A stretch of 39,455 nucleotides of DNA from a virus (Duplodnaviria > Caudoviricetes), in IMG/VR virus record IMGVR_UViG_3300043764_000035, positions 1 through 39,455 of that record; one strand, 5' to 3'. Position 1 is the stretch's first letter, and each line of letters opens with the position of its first letter. Made by a program: the position numbers and the translations under genes. Shown here piece by piece: positions 24,813 to 33,469 of this stretch. The notes under the pieces are model-generated. The model was given only the letters and a program-made list of their open reading frames with translations. It had not been told where the DNA came from and did no database searches.

Positions 24813-25243
24813 CCTATGATGCCTCCAATCGCAAAGACATCCGCAAGGCCGAAAAGGCCGCCCGCTTGGCTGAGAGGTCTCGCATTGATTATACTCGACG
24901 CATTATGTCAGAGGCTCTCGGCAGAGAGTGGATGCACAGCCTGTTGCTCCGCTGCCACGTCTTCCATACCTCATTCGTACGCGCAGCCCCAGATCAGACC
25001 GCCTTTAACGAAGGCGAACGCAACGTCGGCTCACAGGTCTTCCTCGACGTGGTCAACCATTGCCCCACCGAATATGTCTTAATGATGCAAGAAGCCAGCC
25101 AGAAGGAACTGATCAATGAGCGACACAACAGTAACGACCGCTCCGCCAGCAGCGGGCAATCAGCCGGAGGCGAGGACGCCGGACGGGACGCTGAAGGACC
25201 AGTCACCGGAGAGTATGACCCCTTCGCCCCAAGCGAAGACTGA
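24809..25243 (+). CDS. Bbp19-like protein
   Basis: GREWM..LL..C...TAFNEGERNVG; located between portal and scaffold. Confidence 0.7.
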   Translation: MTYDASNRKDIRKAEKAARLAERSRIDYTRRIMSEALGREWMHSLLLRCHVFHTSFVRAAPDQTAFNEGERNVGSQVFLDVVNHCPTEYVLMMQEASQKELINERHNSNDRSASSGQSAGGEDAGRDAEGPVTGEYDPFAPSED

Positions 25244-25886
25244 AGCCGAAGGCGGCTCATTCCTTACCAAGGACCCACCGAAGGAAGGCGACAAGCCTCC
25301 TACGGAGAAGAAGGACGAGACGGCCGCGCCTGAGAAGAAAGAGGGCGAGGGTGAGGGCGACAAGCCTGCTGAAGGCGCACCTGAAAAATACGCCGACTGG
25401 AAACTCCCCGAAGGCTATGCCATCGACGAAGCCGCAGGTAAGGAAATCAACGAGTTGTTCAGGTCCATGAACCTCACTCAAGAGAGTGGGCAAAAACTCG
25501 TCGACTACTACGCCAAGAACCTCCTCCAGGCCCAGGAAGCCCCGTTCAAGGCCTGGGCCGACACCCAGAAGGAATGGGTCTCAGACATCCACGAACGCTT
25601 TGGCTCCAAGGCCGAGGCCACTCGCGTAGCCATCAACAGCGCCATCACTAACGCCTTGCCGCCCTCGTTGGCGCGAGCCTTCCGCACAGCCCTGGACATA
25701 ACCGGCGCCGGGTCTAACCCAGACGTATTCGAAGCCTTGTCCATCCTGGCCAAGCCCCATATGGAAGGCAAGTCCGTACCAGCCGGGGGGCCTTCTGGCG
25801 AAGCCAACCGCGAACCTGGGCGTCCAGCCGTCCCATCTGCCGCCGATGCAATCTACCCACACCTCGTCGGCAACCGACAACAGTAA
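25116..25886 (+). CDS. Capsid scaffolding/assembly protein
   Basis: Disordered acidic N-terminus, APEKYAD.KLPEG, LTQESGQKLVD, G.GSNPDV, AADAIYP; precedes the capsid gene. Confidence 0.8.
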   Translation: MSDTTVTTAPPAAGNQPEARTPDGTLKDQSPESMTPSPQAKTEAEGGSFLTKDPPKEGDKPPTEKKDETAAPEKKEGEGEGDKPAEGAPEKYADWKLPEGYAIDEAAGKEINELFRSMNLTQESGQKLVDYYAKNLLQAQEAPFKAWADTQKEWVSDIHERFGSKAEATRVAINSAITNALPPSLARAFRTALDITGAGSNPDVFEALSILAKPHMEGKSVPAGGPSGEANREPGRPAVPSAADAIYPHLVGNRQQ

Positions 25887-25983
25887 TCCCGCGTTCCGCC
25901 ACGGAGTGGTAGAACGGCTAGGCCCAGAGGAACCGAGGATGCACCTGAACCCGACCCAACCTCCTTCATAGGATTACCCTCTC

Positions 25984-27039
25984 ATGGCTCAAGCCACCAA
26001 TGCTATCGGTTCAACGGCACTAACCTATGCCGATTGGGCAAAGCGTATGGACGACGGCTACAAGGTCGCCGCCATTATCGAACTCTTGTCTCAGACCAAC
26101 GAAATCCTCGACGACATGATGGTCGTCGAAGGCAACCTGCCGACAGGCCACAAGACCACCGTCCGTACCGGCCTCCCTCAGGCCACTTGGCGCTTGCTCA
26201 ACACCGGCGTCCCCAACGCGAAGTCCACAACCGCTCAGCTCGTCGAAGCCTGCGGCAACCTCGAGACATACTCCGTCATCGACAAGGACATCGCCGACCT
26301 GAACGGCAACACCCCGGAGTTCCGCCTCAGCGAAAGCCGCGCATTCCTCGAAGGCATGTCGCAGCAGGTTGCCTCAACTATGATCTACGGCAACCAGTTC
26401 GCGAACCCCGAGCGGTTTACCGGCTTCGCGCCGAGATACTCCACTCGCAACACGGCGAACTCCCAGACCGCTAACAACGTCCTCGACGGCGGCGGCACCT
26501 CCAACACCAACACCTCCATCTGGGTGATGACTTGGGGTACCGACACCAACCACGCCATATTCCCGAAGGGCAAGCTTGCTGGCCTGCAGCAGCGGGACAT
26601 GGGTGAGTGGCCGGTTACTGACTCCGTCGGCAACACTTACCAAGCCTACCGCGAGCACTTCAAGTGGGAGATCGGCTTCGCTCAGCGCGATTGGCGCTAC
26701 ATGGCGCGCATCGCCAACGTGGACGTCACTCAGCTGACTGGCGTCTCCGCCGCGAACCTGATCAACCTCCTAGTCCGCGCCCTCTACCGCCTGCCGACCG
26801 CTCCGGTCTCGGCCACCACCATCCAGACCTCCGACTCGCCTGCGGTCCGCGCAGACATGGGCCGGACGGTCATCTACGCCAACCGCATCATCCGGACCTA
26901 CCTCGACCTCCAGGCGATGAACAAGACCAACGTGCTCTTGCGCATTGAGGAGTTCAACGGCAAGCCGATCACCACCTTCCGCGGCATCCCGATCAGGACC
27001 GTTGACGCGATCCTGTCGAATGAAGCCCAAGTTGTCTAA
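25984..27039 (+). CDS. Major capsid protein (BPP-1 Bbp17-like)
   Basis: LTYADWAKR, IIELLSQTNEILDDM, TTVRTGLP, RDWRY.ARIANVD, FRGIPIR.VDAIL.NE. Confidence 0.93.
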   Translation: MAQATNAIGSTALTYADWAKRMDDGYKVAAIIELLSQTNEILDDMMVVEGNLPTGHKTTVRTGLPQATWRLLNTGVPNAKSTTAQLVEACGNLETYSVIDKDIADLNGNTPEFRLSESRAFLEGMSQQVASTMIYGNQFANPERFTGFAPRYSTRNTANSQTANNVLDGGGTSNTNTSIWVMTWGTDTNHAIFPKGKLAGLQQRDMGEWPVTDSVGNTYQAYREHFKWEIGFAQRDWRYMARIANVDVTQLTGVSAANLINLLVRALYRLPTAPVSATTIQTSDSPAVRADMGRTVIYANRIIRTYLDLQAMNKTNVLLRIEEFNGKPITTFRGIPIRTVDAILSNEAQVV

Positions 27040-27051
27040 GGAGCAAATCAC

Positions 27052-27621
27052 ATGATCCTCGACGGACTATTGATGTTCACTGGCACCTTCTATGGTGCCA
27101 CTGCACCTACGTCGATTTCCACATTCGGTGACCGGCCGACCACTGGTACCCAGGTCTCTTCCAACTTCCTTGACCTGGGCATCGGCACCGTGGCCAACCC
27201 TGCCATCCCCGCTCCTGCGGCTGGCGGTGGCGCTCGCGATATCGGCATCGGCGACGACCCGGCGATGAAAATCCTCGTCGTGGTGGTCACTGCGATCACT
27301 GGTGGCACCTCGCTTCAGGTCAATCTCCAGGGCGCCCCGGACAACGGCGCGGGTGCTCCTGGCGCTTACGTGATCATGACCTCGGGTGCTGTCGTAGCCG
27401 AAGCCAACTTGATCCAAGGCGCTCGTCTCCTTGACCAAGATATGCCTCGGCCGGTCCCCACTCAACCCCTGCCGCGGTTCTTGCAACTTGGTTACGTTAC
27501 CGTCGGTACCCATTCCGCCGGTGAACTCCGTGCCTTCTTGGTTCTCGACCGCCACGACCTACCCGAACAGGCCAACGCCATCCTCGGCGGCTACCCTGCC
27601 GGTGTGACCGTGGCCAACTAA
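27052..27621 (+). CDS. Capsid cement protein (Bbp16-like)
   Basis: MILD.LLMF, SSNFLDLG, RDIGIG, GGTSLQV.LQ, RFLQLGY. Confidence 0.8.
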   Translation: MILDGLLMFTGTFYGATAPTSISTFGDRPTTGTQVSSNFLDLGIGTVANPAIPAPAAGGGARDIGIGDDPAMKILVVVVTAITGGTSLQVNLQGAPDNGAGAPGAYVIMTSGAVVAEANLIQGARLLDQDMPRPVPTQPLPRFLQLGYVTVGTHSAGELRAFLVLDRHDLPEQANAILGGYPAGVTVAN

Positions 27622-27632
27622 GGAGCCTCGTG

Positions 27633-28127
27633 ATGTCTCGCTTACGTACACTTGCGGCCGGGGCGGTATTCTGCGCCCTGGCCTTCATCGCTGGAGCCTT
27701 CGCCCAGACCGGTATCATCTCCCTTACCCTCACAGGCAAGGAAGTAGTCGTCGCTGCAACTGGTGGCCCCGGCGGCCCTTCAATCTTCGTCCCGATCGAG
27801 GAACTCCGCGGAGCTGCTGGCTACGCCACTACCACAACTGCCACTGGCACTACCCCCGCAGCGATAACCTCTAATAACGCCAACACACGGGTCTACTACA
27901 CTGCGGCCCTATCGGGTGGTGTGACTCACAACAGTCCTCCCGCGCCCTACGACGGGCAGATGCTTGAGATCGTCAACGGCACGGGTTCTGCCTTCACGCA
28001 GACCATCACCCTAACCGCCTCGGGCACTCAGACCGTCAACTCTGGCGCGGTAGCGACCCTTGCCGCAGGTTCCAGTGCTGAGTGGCAATACAACGCCACA
28101 ACCACAACTTGGCTCAGGGTGCGATAA
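27633..28127 (+). CDS. Signal-peptide-bearing beta-rich head fibre/decoration-like protein
   Basis: MSRLRTLAAGAVFCALAFIAGAFA|Q; Thr/Gly-rich; PPAPYDGQ...WQY...W C-terminal domain. Confidence 0.7.
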   Translation: MSRLRTLAAGAVFCALAFIAGAFAQTGIISLTLTGKEVVVAATGGPGGPSIFVPIEELRGAAGYATTTTATGTTPAAITSNNANTRVYYTAALSGGVTHNSPPAPYDGQMLEIVNGTGSAFTQTITLTASGTQTVNSGAVATLAAGSSAEWQYNATTTTWLRVR

Positions 28128-28543
28128 TGCGCTCTCTCCTCGCCGCGCTTTGCCTTCTGCTTTGCCTTAGTGCGGCGAGGGCCGAGAACGTCTCTGGCCC
28201 AACCAACCTCATCCTCTGCAACAAGATAGCAGTCCTTGAAGCCGGGGCTAGTGGTTCTCAAATAGTCGTTCCGGCGGTGGCCGGGCAGACCATATTCGTC
28301 TGTGGCTGGAACGTCACTAACACTGGAGCCAACGGCACTATTGCCATGACCTCTGGCACACAGACTACCAACCCTTGCGACACCGGCACTAAGAAGCTCT
28401 CTCCAACATTCAACGTTAGCTCCAACTCGCCGAACCAAGACCATTCTCAGTACGCAACCAGCTCTAGCAACCTGAGTCAAGCTGTCTGCGCCAACCCATC
28501 GGCCGCAACGTTCTCCGTGCTTATCTGGTTCGCGCAATTCTAG
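28127..28543 (+). CDS. Signal-peptide-bearing beta-rich protein
   Basis: MRSLLAALCLLLCLSAARA|E; start at TAATG overlap; 4 mature Cys. Confidence 0.7.
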   Translation: MRSLLAALCLLLCLSAARAENVSGPTNLILCNKIAVLEAGASGSQIVVPAVAGQTIFVCGWNVTNTGANGTIAMTSGTQTTNPCDTGTKKLSPTFNVSSNSPNQDHSQYATSSSNLSQAVCANPSAATFSVLIWFAQF

Positions 28544-28553
28544 AGGGTTCCTC

Positions 28554-28976
28554 ATGCTCAAGCTCTGCACTTCACTCTTGGCAAGTCTAGGGCTGTGGCT
28601 CTGCCTGACCTTTGCTGCGCAGGCACAGACCAACTGCCTCGTGCCACCAAACAACCCCGCTACGCCTGTGGTGTCGGCTTCAGCAGAAGGCTCTCACATA
28701 CTCAAGGCTTCGCCTGGATGCCTCATCGCTGCTTATGTCTACAACTCAGGCGCAGCGGGGTTCCTGCTGATCTTCAACTCCGCAACCGTCCCGGCTGATG
28801 GCGCAGTCACTCCTATTCACTGCCTGCCCGTGGCAGCTGCCAGCTATCAGTTCGTCAACTTCGCGCCGCTGCCGCCAGAATGGTACAGCGCAGGCATTGT
28901 AGCCGTGGTGTCCACCACTGGCTGCTTCACCAAGACTATTGGCTCAGGAGCATTCTTCCATGCGCTGGTTCAATAG
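28554..28976 (+). CDS. Signal-peptide-bearing beta-rich protein (spike/decoration-like)
   Basis: MLKLCTSLLASLGLWLCLTFAAQA|Q; LKASPG.L...FLLIFNSATVPADGAV; 4 mature Cys. Confidence 0.7.
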   Translation: MLKLCTSLLASLGLWLCLTFAAQAQTNCLVPPNNPATPVVSASAEGSHILKASPGCLIAAYVYNSGAAGFLLIFNSATVPADGAVTPIHCLPVAAASYQFVNFAPLPPEWYSAGIVAVVSTTGCFTKTIGSGAFFHALVQ

Positions 28977-29436
28977 GCTTCTACCAGTCCTCTTTGTTCT
29001 GGCTCTTTGCGCTGTAGTTTGGGCTCAGAGCATCGGCCCACCTAGCGCAGGCGTAGCCCCATCACCCACCTCCAATACCCTTGGCTCAGACGTCAACCTC
29101 AACGTCGTCGGCAACTTCTTCCCCGGGCCTAGCATAACCGGCCTTGGCCCGGGGACGTGGTGGGCTAGTAGCACTGTCACCATTCAAACTGGTACCGCCA
29201 ACGACCAAATCTTCTGCAAGCTCTGGGACGGCTCCACTGTCATAGATAGTACCACAATGACCCTGTCTGTGATCAACTCAGGCTATACCATATCCCTCAG
29301 TGGCTTCTTAGCCAACCCGAGCGGCGGCAATATCCTCATCAGCTGTCGCGACCCCAACTCCACCACGGGTCTGATCCGCACTACCTCAAGCGGCGCAGGA
29401 CAAGACAGTAAAGTCTCAGTCTATCGCATTCAATAG
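28960..29436 (+). CDS. Signal-peptide-bearing beta-rich protein
   Basis: MRWFNRLLPVLFVLALCAVVWA|Q after an AGGAG RBS; 2 mature Cys. Confidence 0.7.
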   Translation: MRWFNRLLPVLFVLALCAVVWAQSIGPPSAGVAPSPTSNTLGSDVNLNVVGNFFPGPSITGLGPGTWWASSTVTIQTGTANDQIFCKLWDGSTVIDSTTMTLSVINSGYTISLSGFLANPSGGNILISCRDPNSTTGLIRTTSSGAGQDSKVSVYRIQ

Positions 29437-29445
29437 GAGGCCACC

Positions 29446-30147
29446 ATGGCAAGATGGAAGTTAACAGAGCCGCACTATCTCAACGTTCCTTCCGAGCGTT
29501 GGGAACTGACCACCAACGACGTCCGCACCGGCAAGCCTGTCCGGAAAATGTTCCGTGTGCCGAAGCATCTGGACCCGCGTCTGGAAGATGACTGGAACGT
29601 TCGTATCAACGGCATGGATGGGGAAATCCATGTATGCCTTGAAGGTAAGGGCAATCCTGGAGACATCGTCTTCGAAGGCAACCCCACTCCAGGGATGCTT
29701 CCTCTTGACGATGAAGCCCGTGAGATCAGCGGCAAGTTCGACTGGACGCCGACGCAGGATATCACCGAAGAGGCGCAGCGAACTAGCTTCTACGCCAAGC
29801 TTGGTGACAACCTCATCAACCAACTGACCGATATGCGTGCGCAAGCAGCCATGCTGCCGCAGGCTTCGGGTCTCGACAAGTTCATGGAAGCCATCACCGC
29901 CATGATGGCCCAGAACCAGCAAATCCTCGCTGCGCTTGTGGGGAAGATTGCTCCCGCACCTGTGGAGGATGAACTCACTCGCCAAGCGCGAGAGTTGGGT
30001 GAGACCAAGCTCGGTGACTTCGAGGATGACCTCGACAGTGCCGAACCCACTGAGGAAGAGCTTGCCGCAGCCGCAGCCGAAGCCTCAGCCAAAGAAGCCG
30101 CCGAACAAAAGCGTGTCACTGACCGTCTCGGCTCTAGGAGGATTTGA
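29446..30147 (+). CDS. Hypothetical late protein, no signal peptide, acidic tail ending SRRI
   Basis: AGGAGG RBS; WKLTEPHYL...PTPGMLPLDDEA. Confidence 0.75.
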   Translation: MARWKLTEPHYLNVPSERWELTTNDVRTGKPVRKMFRVPKHLDPRLEDDWNVRINGMDGEIHVCLEGKGNPGDIVFEGNPTPGMLPLDDEAREISGKFDWTPTQDITEEAQRTSFYAKLGDNLINQLTDMRAQAAMLPQASGLDKFMEAITAMMAQNQQILAALVGKIAPAPVEDELTRQARELGETKLGDFEDDLDSAEPTEEELAAAAAEASAKEAAEQKRVTDRLGSRRI

Positions 30148-30572
30148 TGTCTTCCCAGCAAGACCTCGACCAAGGCGGAACCTTCCGGCAATATGAGCGG
30201 ATATGGATGGGGCCATCTGTCGGGTTCTTGCTGGTGCCTAAGACAGCGGTGCTGCCGGTCACCTCAGCTGGTGTTACCAACATCCTCCGTGGCACGAACC
30301 TCATCACCGTCAACGTCAATGGTAGTGTTACTCTAAACCTGCCATCCTCCAAAGCCTCTGCCCAGGGCCCTCAAGCCATCCCTGGGCAGTGGTGGCTCAA
30401 CCTCGTTACCATCGCCGACATTGGTGGCTTCGCTCAAGCCTTCCCAATCACCGTTAACCCAGCCTCAGGCGAATTTATCTCAGGTCTCGCTACCGTCCCA
30501 CTCCAGTCCAACTACGGTGCCTTCGTCCTAAAACCAATCCTCGAAACAGGTGGATGGACCTTACTGCAATGA
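30147..30572 (+). CDS. Beta-rich fibre/decoration-like protein, no signal peptide
   Basis: VTLNLP...VTIADIGG.A..PITV...SGE.I.G...L..NYG...GGW pattern seen in phage fibre domains. Confidence 0.65.
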   Translation: MSSQQDLDQGGTFRQYERIWMGPSVGFLLVPKTAVLPVTSAGVTNILRGTNLITVNVNGSVTLNLPSSKASAQGPQAIPGQWWLNLVTIADIGGFAQAFPITVNPASGEFISGLATVPLQSNYGAFVLKPILETGGWTLLQ

Positions 30573-30898
30573 AACACCTCGCCTTGATTTTCACTATGCT
30601 ATTAGCCTTGGCCCCTACCGGGGCTTGGGCCCAATGCAACGGCGTATTCCCAGCGAAGACCATCTGCGGCAATAACTCCACCTCTCCAGGCATCCCTGGC
30701 CAAGTGCCGCAGTCGGCCCTAACCGGTATCCCCGGCGGCAGCCCTGGGCAAATCCAATATAATGCCGCCGGCTCCTTCGCTGGCTTCACCATGTCGGGTG
30801 ACTGCACTATCAACACTTCCACCGGCGTCATCACTTGCGCCGGCTCAGCCCTTAACTTCCTCCGCGGCTCCCTTGCCGCCCAAGCTGGAGCGCTCTAA
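30569..30898 (+). CDS. Signal-peptide-bearing short fibre-like protein
   Basis: MKHLALIFTMLLALAPTGAWA|Q; PGGSPGQIQYNAAGSFAG fibre motif; 4 mature Cys. Confidence 0.7.
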   Translation: MKHLALIFTMLLALAPTGAWAQCNGVFPAKTICGNNSTSPGIPGQVPQSALTGIPGGSPGQIQYNAAGSFAGFTMSGDCTINTSTGVITCAGSALNFLRGSLAAQAGAL

Positions 30899-31389
30899 TG
30901 CGTAAGCTCGCTATTCTTGCCCTTGCCTTTGCTCTATACTGCGGCGCCGTCTTTGCAGCCACCACTCCGAACTCCTTCGTCACGCCACAAACTCCCAATC
31001 GGGGCCTCGTTCGCTTTGTCCAGGGTACCGACGCACCAGCAGTATTCAAGACCCTCTACACCGCCGGGGCCAATGGCTCTCGCTGTTATGCAATGTGGCT
31101 AACGTCCAATGACGCGGTCAGCCATGGCATCTTCGTTGGTGTCTTCAATAGCGGCAACCAGTTTGGTGGTATCAGTATCAACTCAGGTACTACTGCCCCG
31201 GGCTATAGCAATGGCAACCCACCCCTCACTCTCTTCTCAACCACGGTCTGGGGTTCTAGTCTTCCAATCGATCAATATGGCAACTCCTACCTTCAGCTCA
31301 ATAATGGCGATACCATCCAGGCCGAATACACCGGCGCCTTGACAGCCTCTACGCAGATCAACATCATCGCTATCTGTTCGGACTTCTAA
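30898..31389 (+). CDS. Signal-peptide-bearing beta-rich virion-like protein
   Basis: MRKLAILALAFALYCGAVFA|A; TLYTAGANGSR...L.NGDTI...SDF; 2 mature Cys. Confidence 0.7.
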   Translation: MRKLAILALAFALYCGAVFAATTPNSFVTPQTPNRGLVRFVQGTDAPAVFKTLYTAGANGSRCYAMWLTSNDAVSHGIFVGVFNSGNQFGGISINSGTTAPGYSNGNPPLTLFSTTVWGSSLPIDQYGNSYLQLNNGDTIQAEYTGALTASTQINIIAICSDF

Positions 31390-31391
31390 CC

Positions 31392-32480
31392 ATGAAGAAG
31401 CTTGCCGCTGCATTGCTCGCCTCAAGTGTCCTTCACTCCCCGGCTTGGGCCCAAGGCTTGGACGGCGTTCCATCCTTTGCGCCGCAGGCATTCCGCTCGA
31501 CCAAGTACACCGGAAATAACACCTACAGCGGCAACAATACATTCAAAGGGCTCAACACCTACACAGGCACCTCGCAATTCCAGGGCTCGGCCTTCTTCGG
31601 GGGTAAGCCGTGGGTGGATGTCAAGTCCAACGTAGGTGGCTGTTCCCCTGCCGTAGGCGACGGTGTCACCGACGACACCACTTCCCTTCAATGCCATCTC
31701 GACTTTGCCTTCACCATCTCCGGCGGCGCCAGGGTCTACTTCCCCTGCGGTAGCTACCTCGTCTCAGGGGGCGGCCTTCTAGTCAAGGGCGGTGTCCTGC
31801 TTGAGGGCGAAACCGTCACATGCTCTCACCTCCAAGTCTCTACCGACAGCAAAATCCTGACCTTCGACTCAGCCACCTGTGCCCAATGGGGCGGCGTCAG
31901 GAATATGTTCATCGTTGGCTTCAACAACGCTGGAGCCACCCAAGACGTCATCACCATCGGCAACAACTGCCCGATCATCCTCGAAGACAACTACGTCTGG
32001 TTCGGGCGCTATGCCATTAACACTTCGGGGGTCGATGGCAAGTATATCAACACCTTCGCCTGTGGCTTCACCGGCTGCGTCAGCTCCAACGGTGCCAATT
32101 GGTACATCAGGATGAAGCTAGACACCCCAGGCATCTCCAGCGGCGCTGCCTATACCCAAGGCGTATTCGTTTTAGACCCCACCGCGGCTGAGAACCACTT
32201 TGACCAAAGCGACTTCAGTGGTGGCTTCACCAGCTCCATCAATATTAGCGATAGCAACAACAAGGCCATCACCGTCTTCGCTGGTAGCGTCTTCTCCTCT
32301 CCCATCAATATCGGCCCATCTGGCTGGACATCAATCGTATCAGCCGAGATCGGCTCCACTACCTTCTCCAACACCGCTGGTCAAGTCTCCGTCACGGCTT
32401 CTAAGGCCTTCAGCGCAACTACTGCCTCAGGCGGTGGCACCCGTCACTGCGACACCTCGAACTTCAACCTCACTTGCTAG
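31392..32480 (+). CDS. Signal-peptide-bearing tailspike/depolymerase-like beta-helix protein (pectate lyase 3-like)
   Basis: MKKLAAALLASSVLHSPAWA|Q; YTGNNT-YSGNNT-FKGLNT-YTG repeats; WVDVK...AVGDGVTDDT..LQ...VYFP.GSY; 10 mature Cys. Confidence 0.82.
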   Translation: MKKLAAALLASSVLHSPAWAQGLDGVPSFAPQAFRSTKYTGNNTYSGNNTFKGLNTYTGTSQFQGSAFFGGKPWVDVKSNVGGCSPAVGDGVTDDTTSLQCHLDFAFTISGGARVYFPCGSYLVSGGGLLVKGGVLLEGETVTCSHLQVSTDSKILTFDSATCAQWGGVRNMFIVGFNNAGATQDVITIGNNCPIILEDNYVWFGRYAINTSGVDGKYINTFACGFTGCVSSNGANWYIRMKLDTPGISSGAAYTQGVFVLDPTAAENHFDQSDFSGGFTSSINISDSNNKAITVFAGSVFSSPINIGPSGWTSIVSAEIGSTTFSNTAGQVSVTASKAFSATTASGGGTRHCDTSNFNLTC

Positions 32481-32488
32481 GATTGATC

Positions 32489-32692
32489 ATGTTCCAAATC
32501 ATCGGTACAGCCTGCATCGCCGCCACACTTCAGGGTGGCGTCCAGAGCCATCCAAAGTGCACCCGCCACGAGGACCCGCGCCGCTACTATACCCTGGCCG
32601 AATGCGTCAAGGACTCCAACGCTTTGCAATCCGGCCCGGCCATCGATGGCTACCGTTGGATCCTCGTCAACTGTATAGAAGAGCCTCAGTGA
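32489..32692 (+). CDS. Small 4-Cys protein
   Basis: MFQIIGTAC...C...YTLAEC...NC; AGGA RBS. Confidence 0.55.
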   Translation: MFQIIGTACIAATLQGGVQSHPKCTRHEDPRRYYTLAECVKDSNALQSGPAIDGYRWILVNCIEEPQ

Positions 32693-32847
32693 TGCCCAGC
32701 TCCACGCCGAAGCAAAAGCGCACCATGGCCGCTGCAGCTCACGACTCCGGCTTCGCCAAGAAAGTCGGCATCCCCCAGGCCGTGGCTAAAGAGTTCAACA
32801 AGGCCGACCAGCGCGTTGGCTTCATGAAAAAGAAAGGCAAGAAATGA
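32692..32847 (+). CDS. Small basic phage protein (MPSxxxKQxRxMAAAAH type)
   Basis: MPSSTPKQKRTMAAAAHDSGFAKKVGIPQAVAKEFNKAD; start at TGATG 32692, not 32200. Confidence 0.75.
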   Translation: MPSSTPKQKRTMAAAAHDSGFAKKVGIPQAVAKEFNKADQRVGFMKKKGKK

Positions 32848-33242
32848 GCGAAGAGCCTGAATACAAACTCGACGACTCTATCACCGAACGCGACCTTCTC
32901 TTCCGCATCGCTCGTGAGCTAACTCTTATGCGCAAGCAGATGACCGAAGCCATCAGCTACATGCGGCAGGCCGAGAGTGAAGTCCCCGAGTCGCTGCGCC
33001 GCTTTGCCAACTACATGCATGACATCCACGACATCAAGTACATGTACGAGGAACTTGGCCACCCAGTTCCTGAGCATCACAAACAAGAGCTCCAGCGGTG
33101 TGACGACCGGTATCGGCAAATACTGAAAACGATGCACACCGACGGAGGCGCGTTGGAGAAAATCCGGCGCGAGATGGCGGCCGATCCCGAGAACCGTTGG
33201 GATCATACGAAGCAAATCCCCTTCAAAAGGAGTGGACTATGA
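32844..33242 (+). CDS. Helical hypothetical protein
   Basis: ATGA-coupled ORF. Confidence 0.7.
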   Translation: MSEEPEYKLDDSITERDLLFRIARELTLMRKQMTEAISYMRQAESEVPESLRRFANYMHDIHDIKYMYEELGHPVPEHHKQELQRCDDRYRQILKTMHTDGGALEKIRREMAADPENRWDHTKQIPFKRSGL

Positions 33243-33469
33243 AGCAAGGCAAAGCGAGTATTTCCGGGCCATATGACCAGAAGGTCGAGCCCAACGCCAA
33301 AGCGGTCAATCCCGGTGCCGTCTCATACCTGGGTAATAAGCAAGGCAACCACACCACGGAGAGTGGAGACTTCACTCCGAACCTCACTCCATGGTCCGAT
33401 GGTCGAGGGTACATGGCCCCCTCAATTGGACAGAAGCGCCATAAGAGCGGAAGTCAAGGAGAGTATTGA
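33239..33469 (+). CDS. Small Gly-rich protein ending SGSQGEY
   Basis: Start MKQGK after AAGGAG. Confidence 0.65.
   Translation: MKQGKASISGPYDQKVEPNAKAVNPGAVSYLGNKQGNHTTESGDFTPNLTPWSDGRGYMAPSIGQKRHKSGSQGEY

Noticed and set aside
25116-25243. 128-nt overlap between the Bbp19-like and scaffold genes
   Set aside because: Both overlapping segments are low-complexity termini, so no special mechanism is needed
27633-32480. Hydrophobic N-termini interpreted as holins, spanins or a SAR endolysin
   Set aside because: Single cleavable-type leaders are followed by soluble beta-rich domains; no coiled-coil spanin, multi-pass holin or muralytic motif is present
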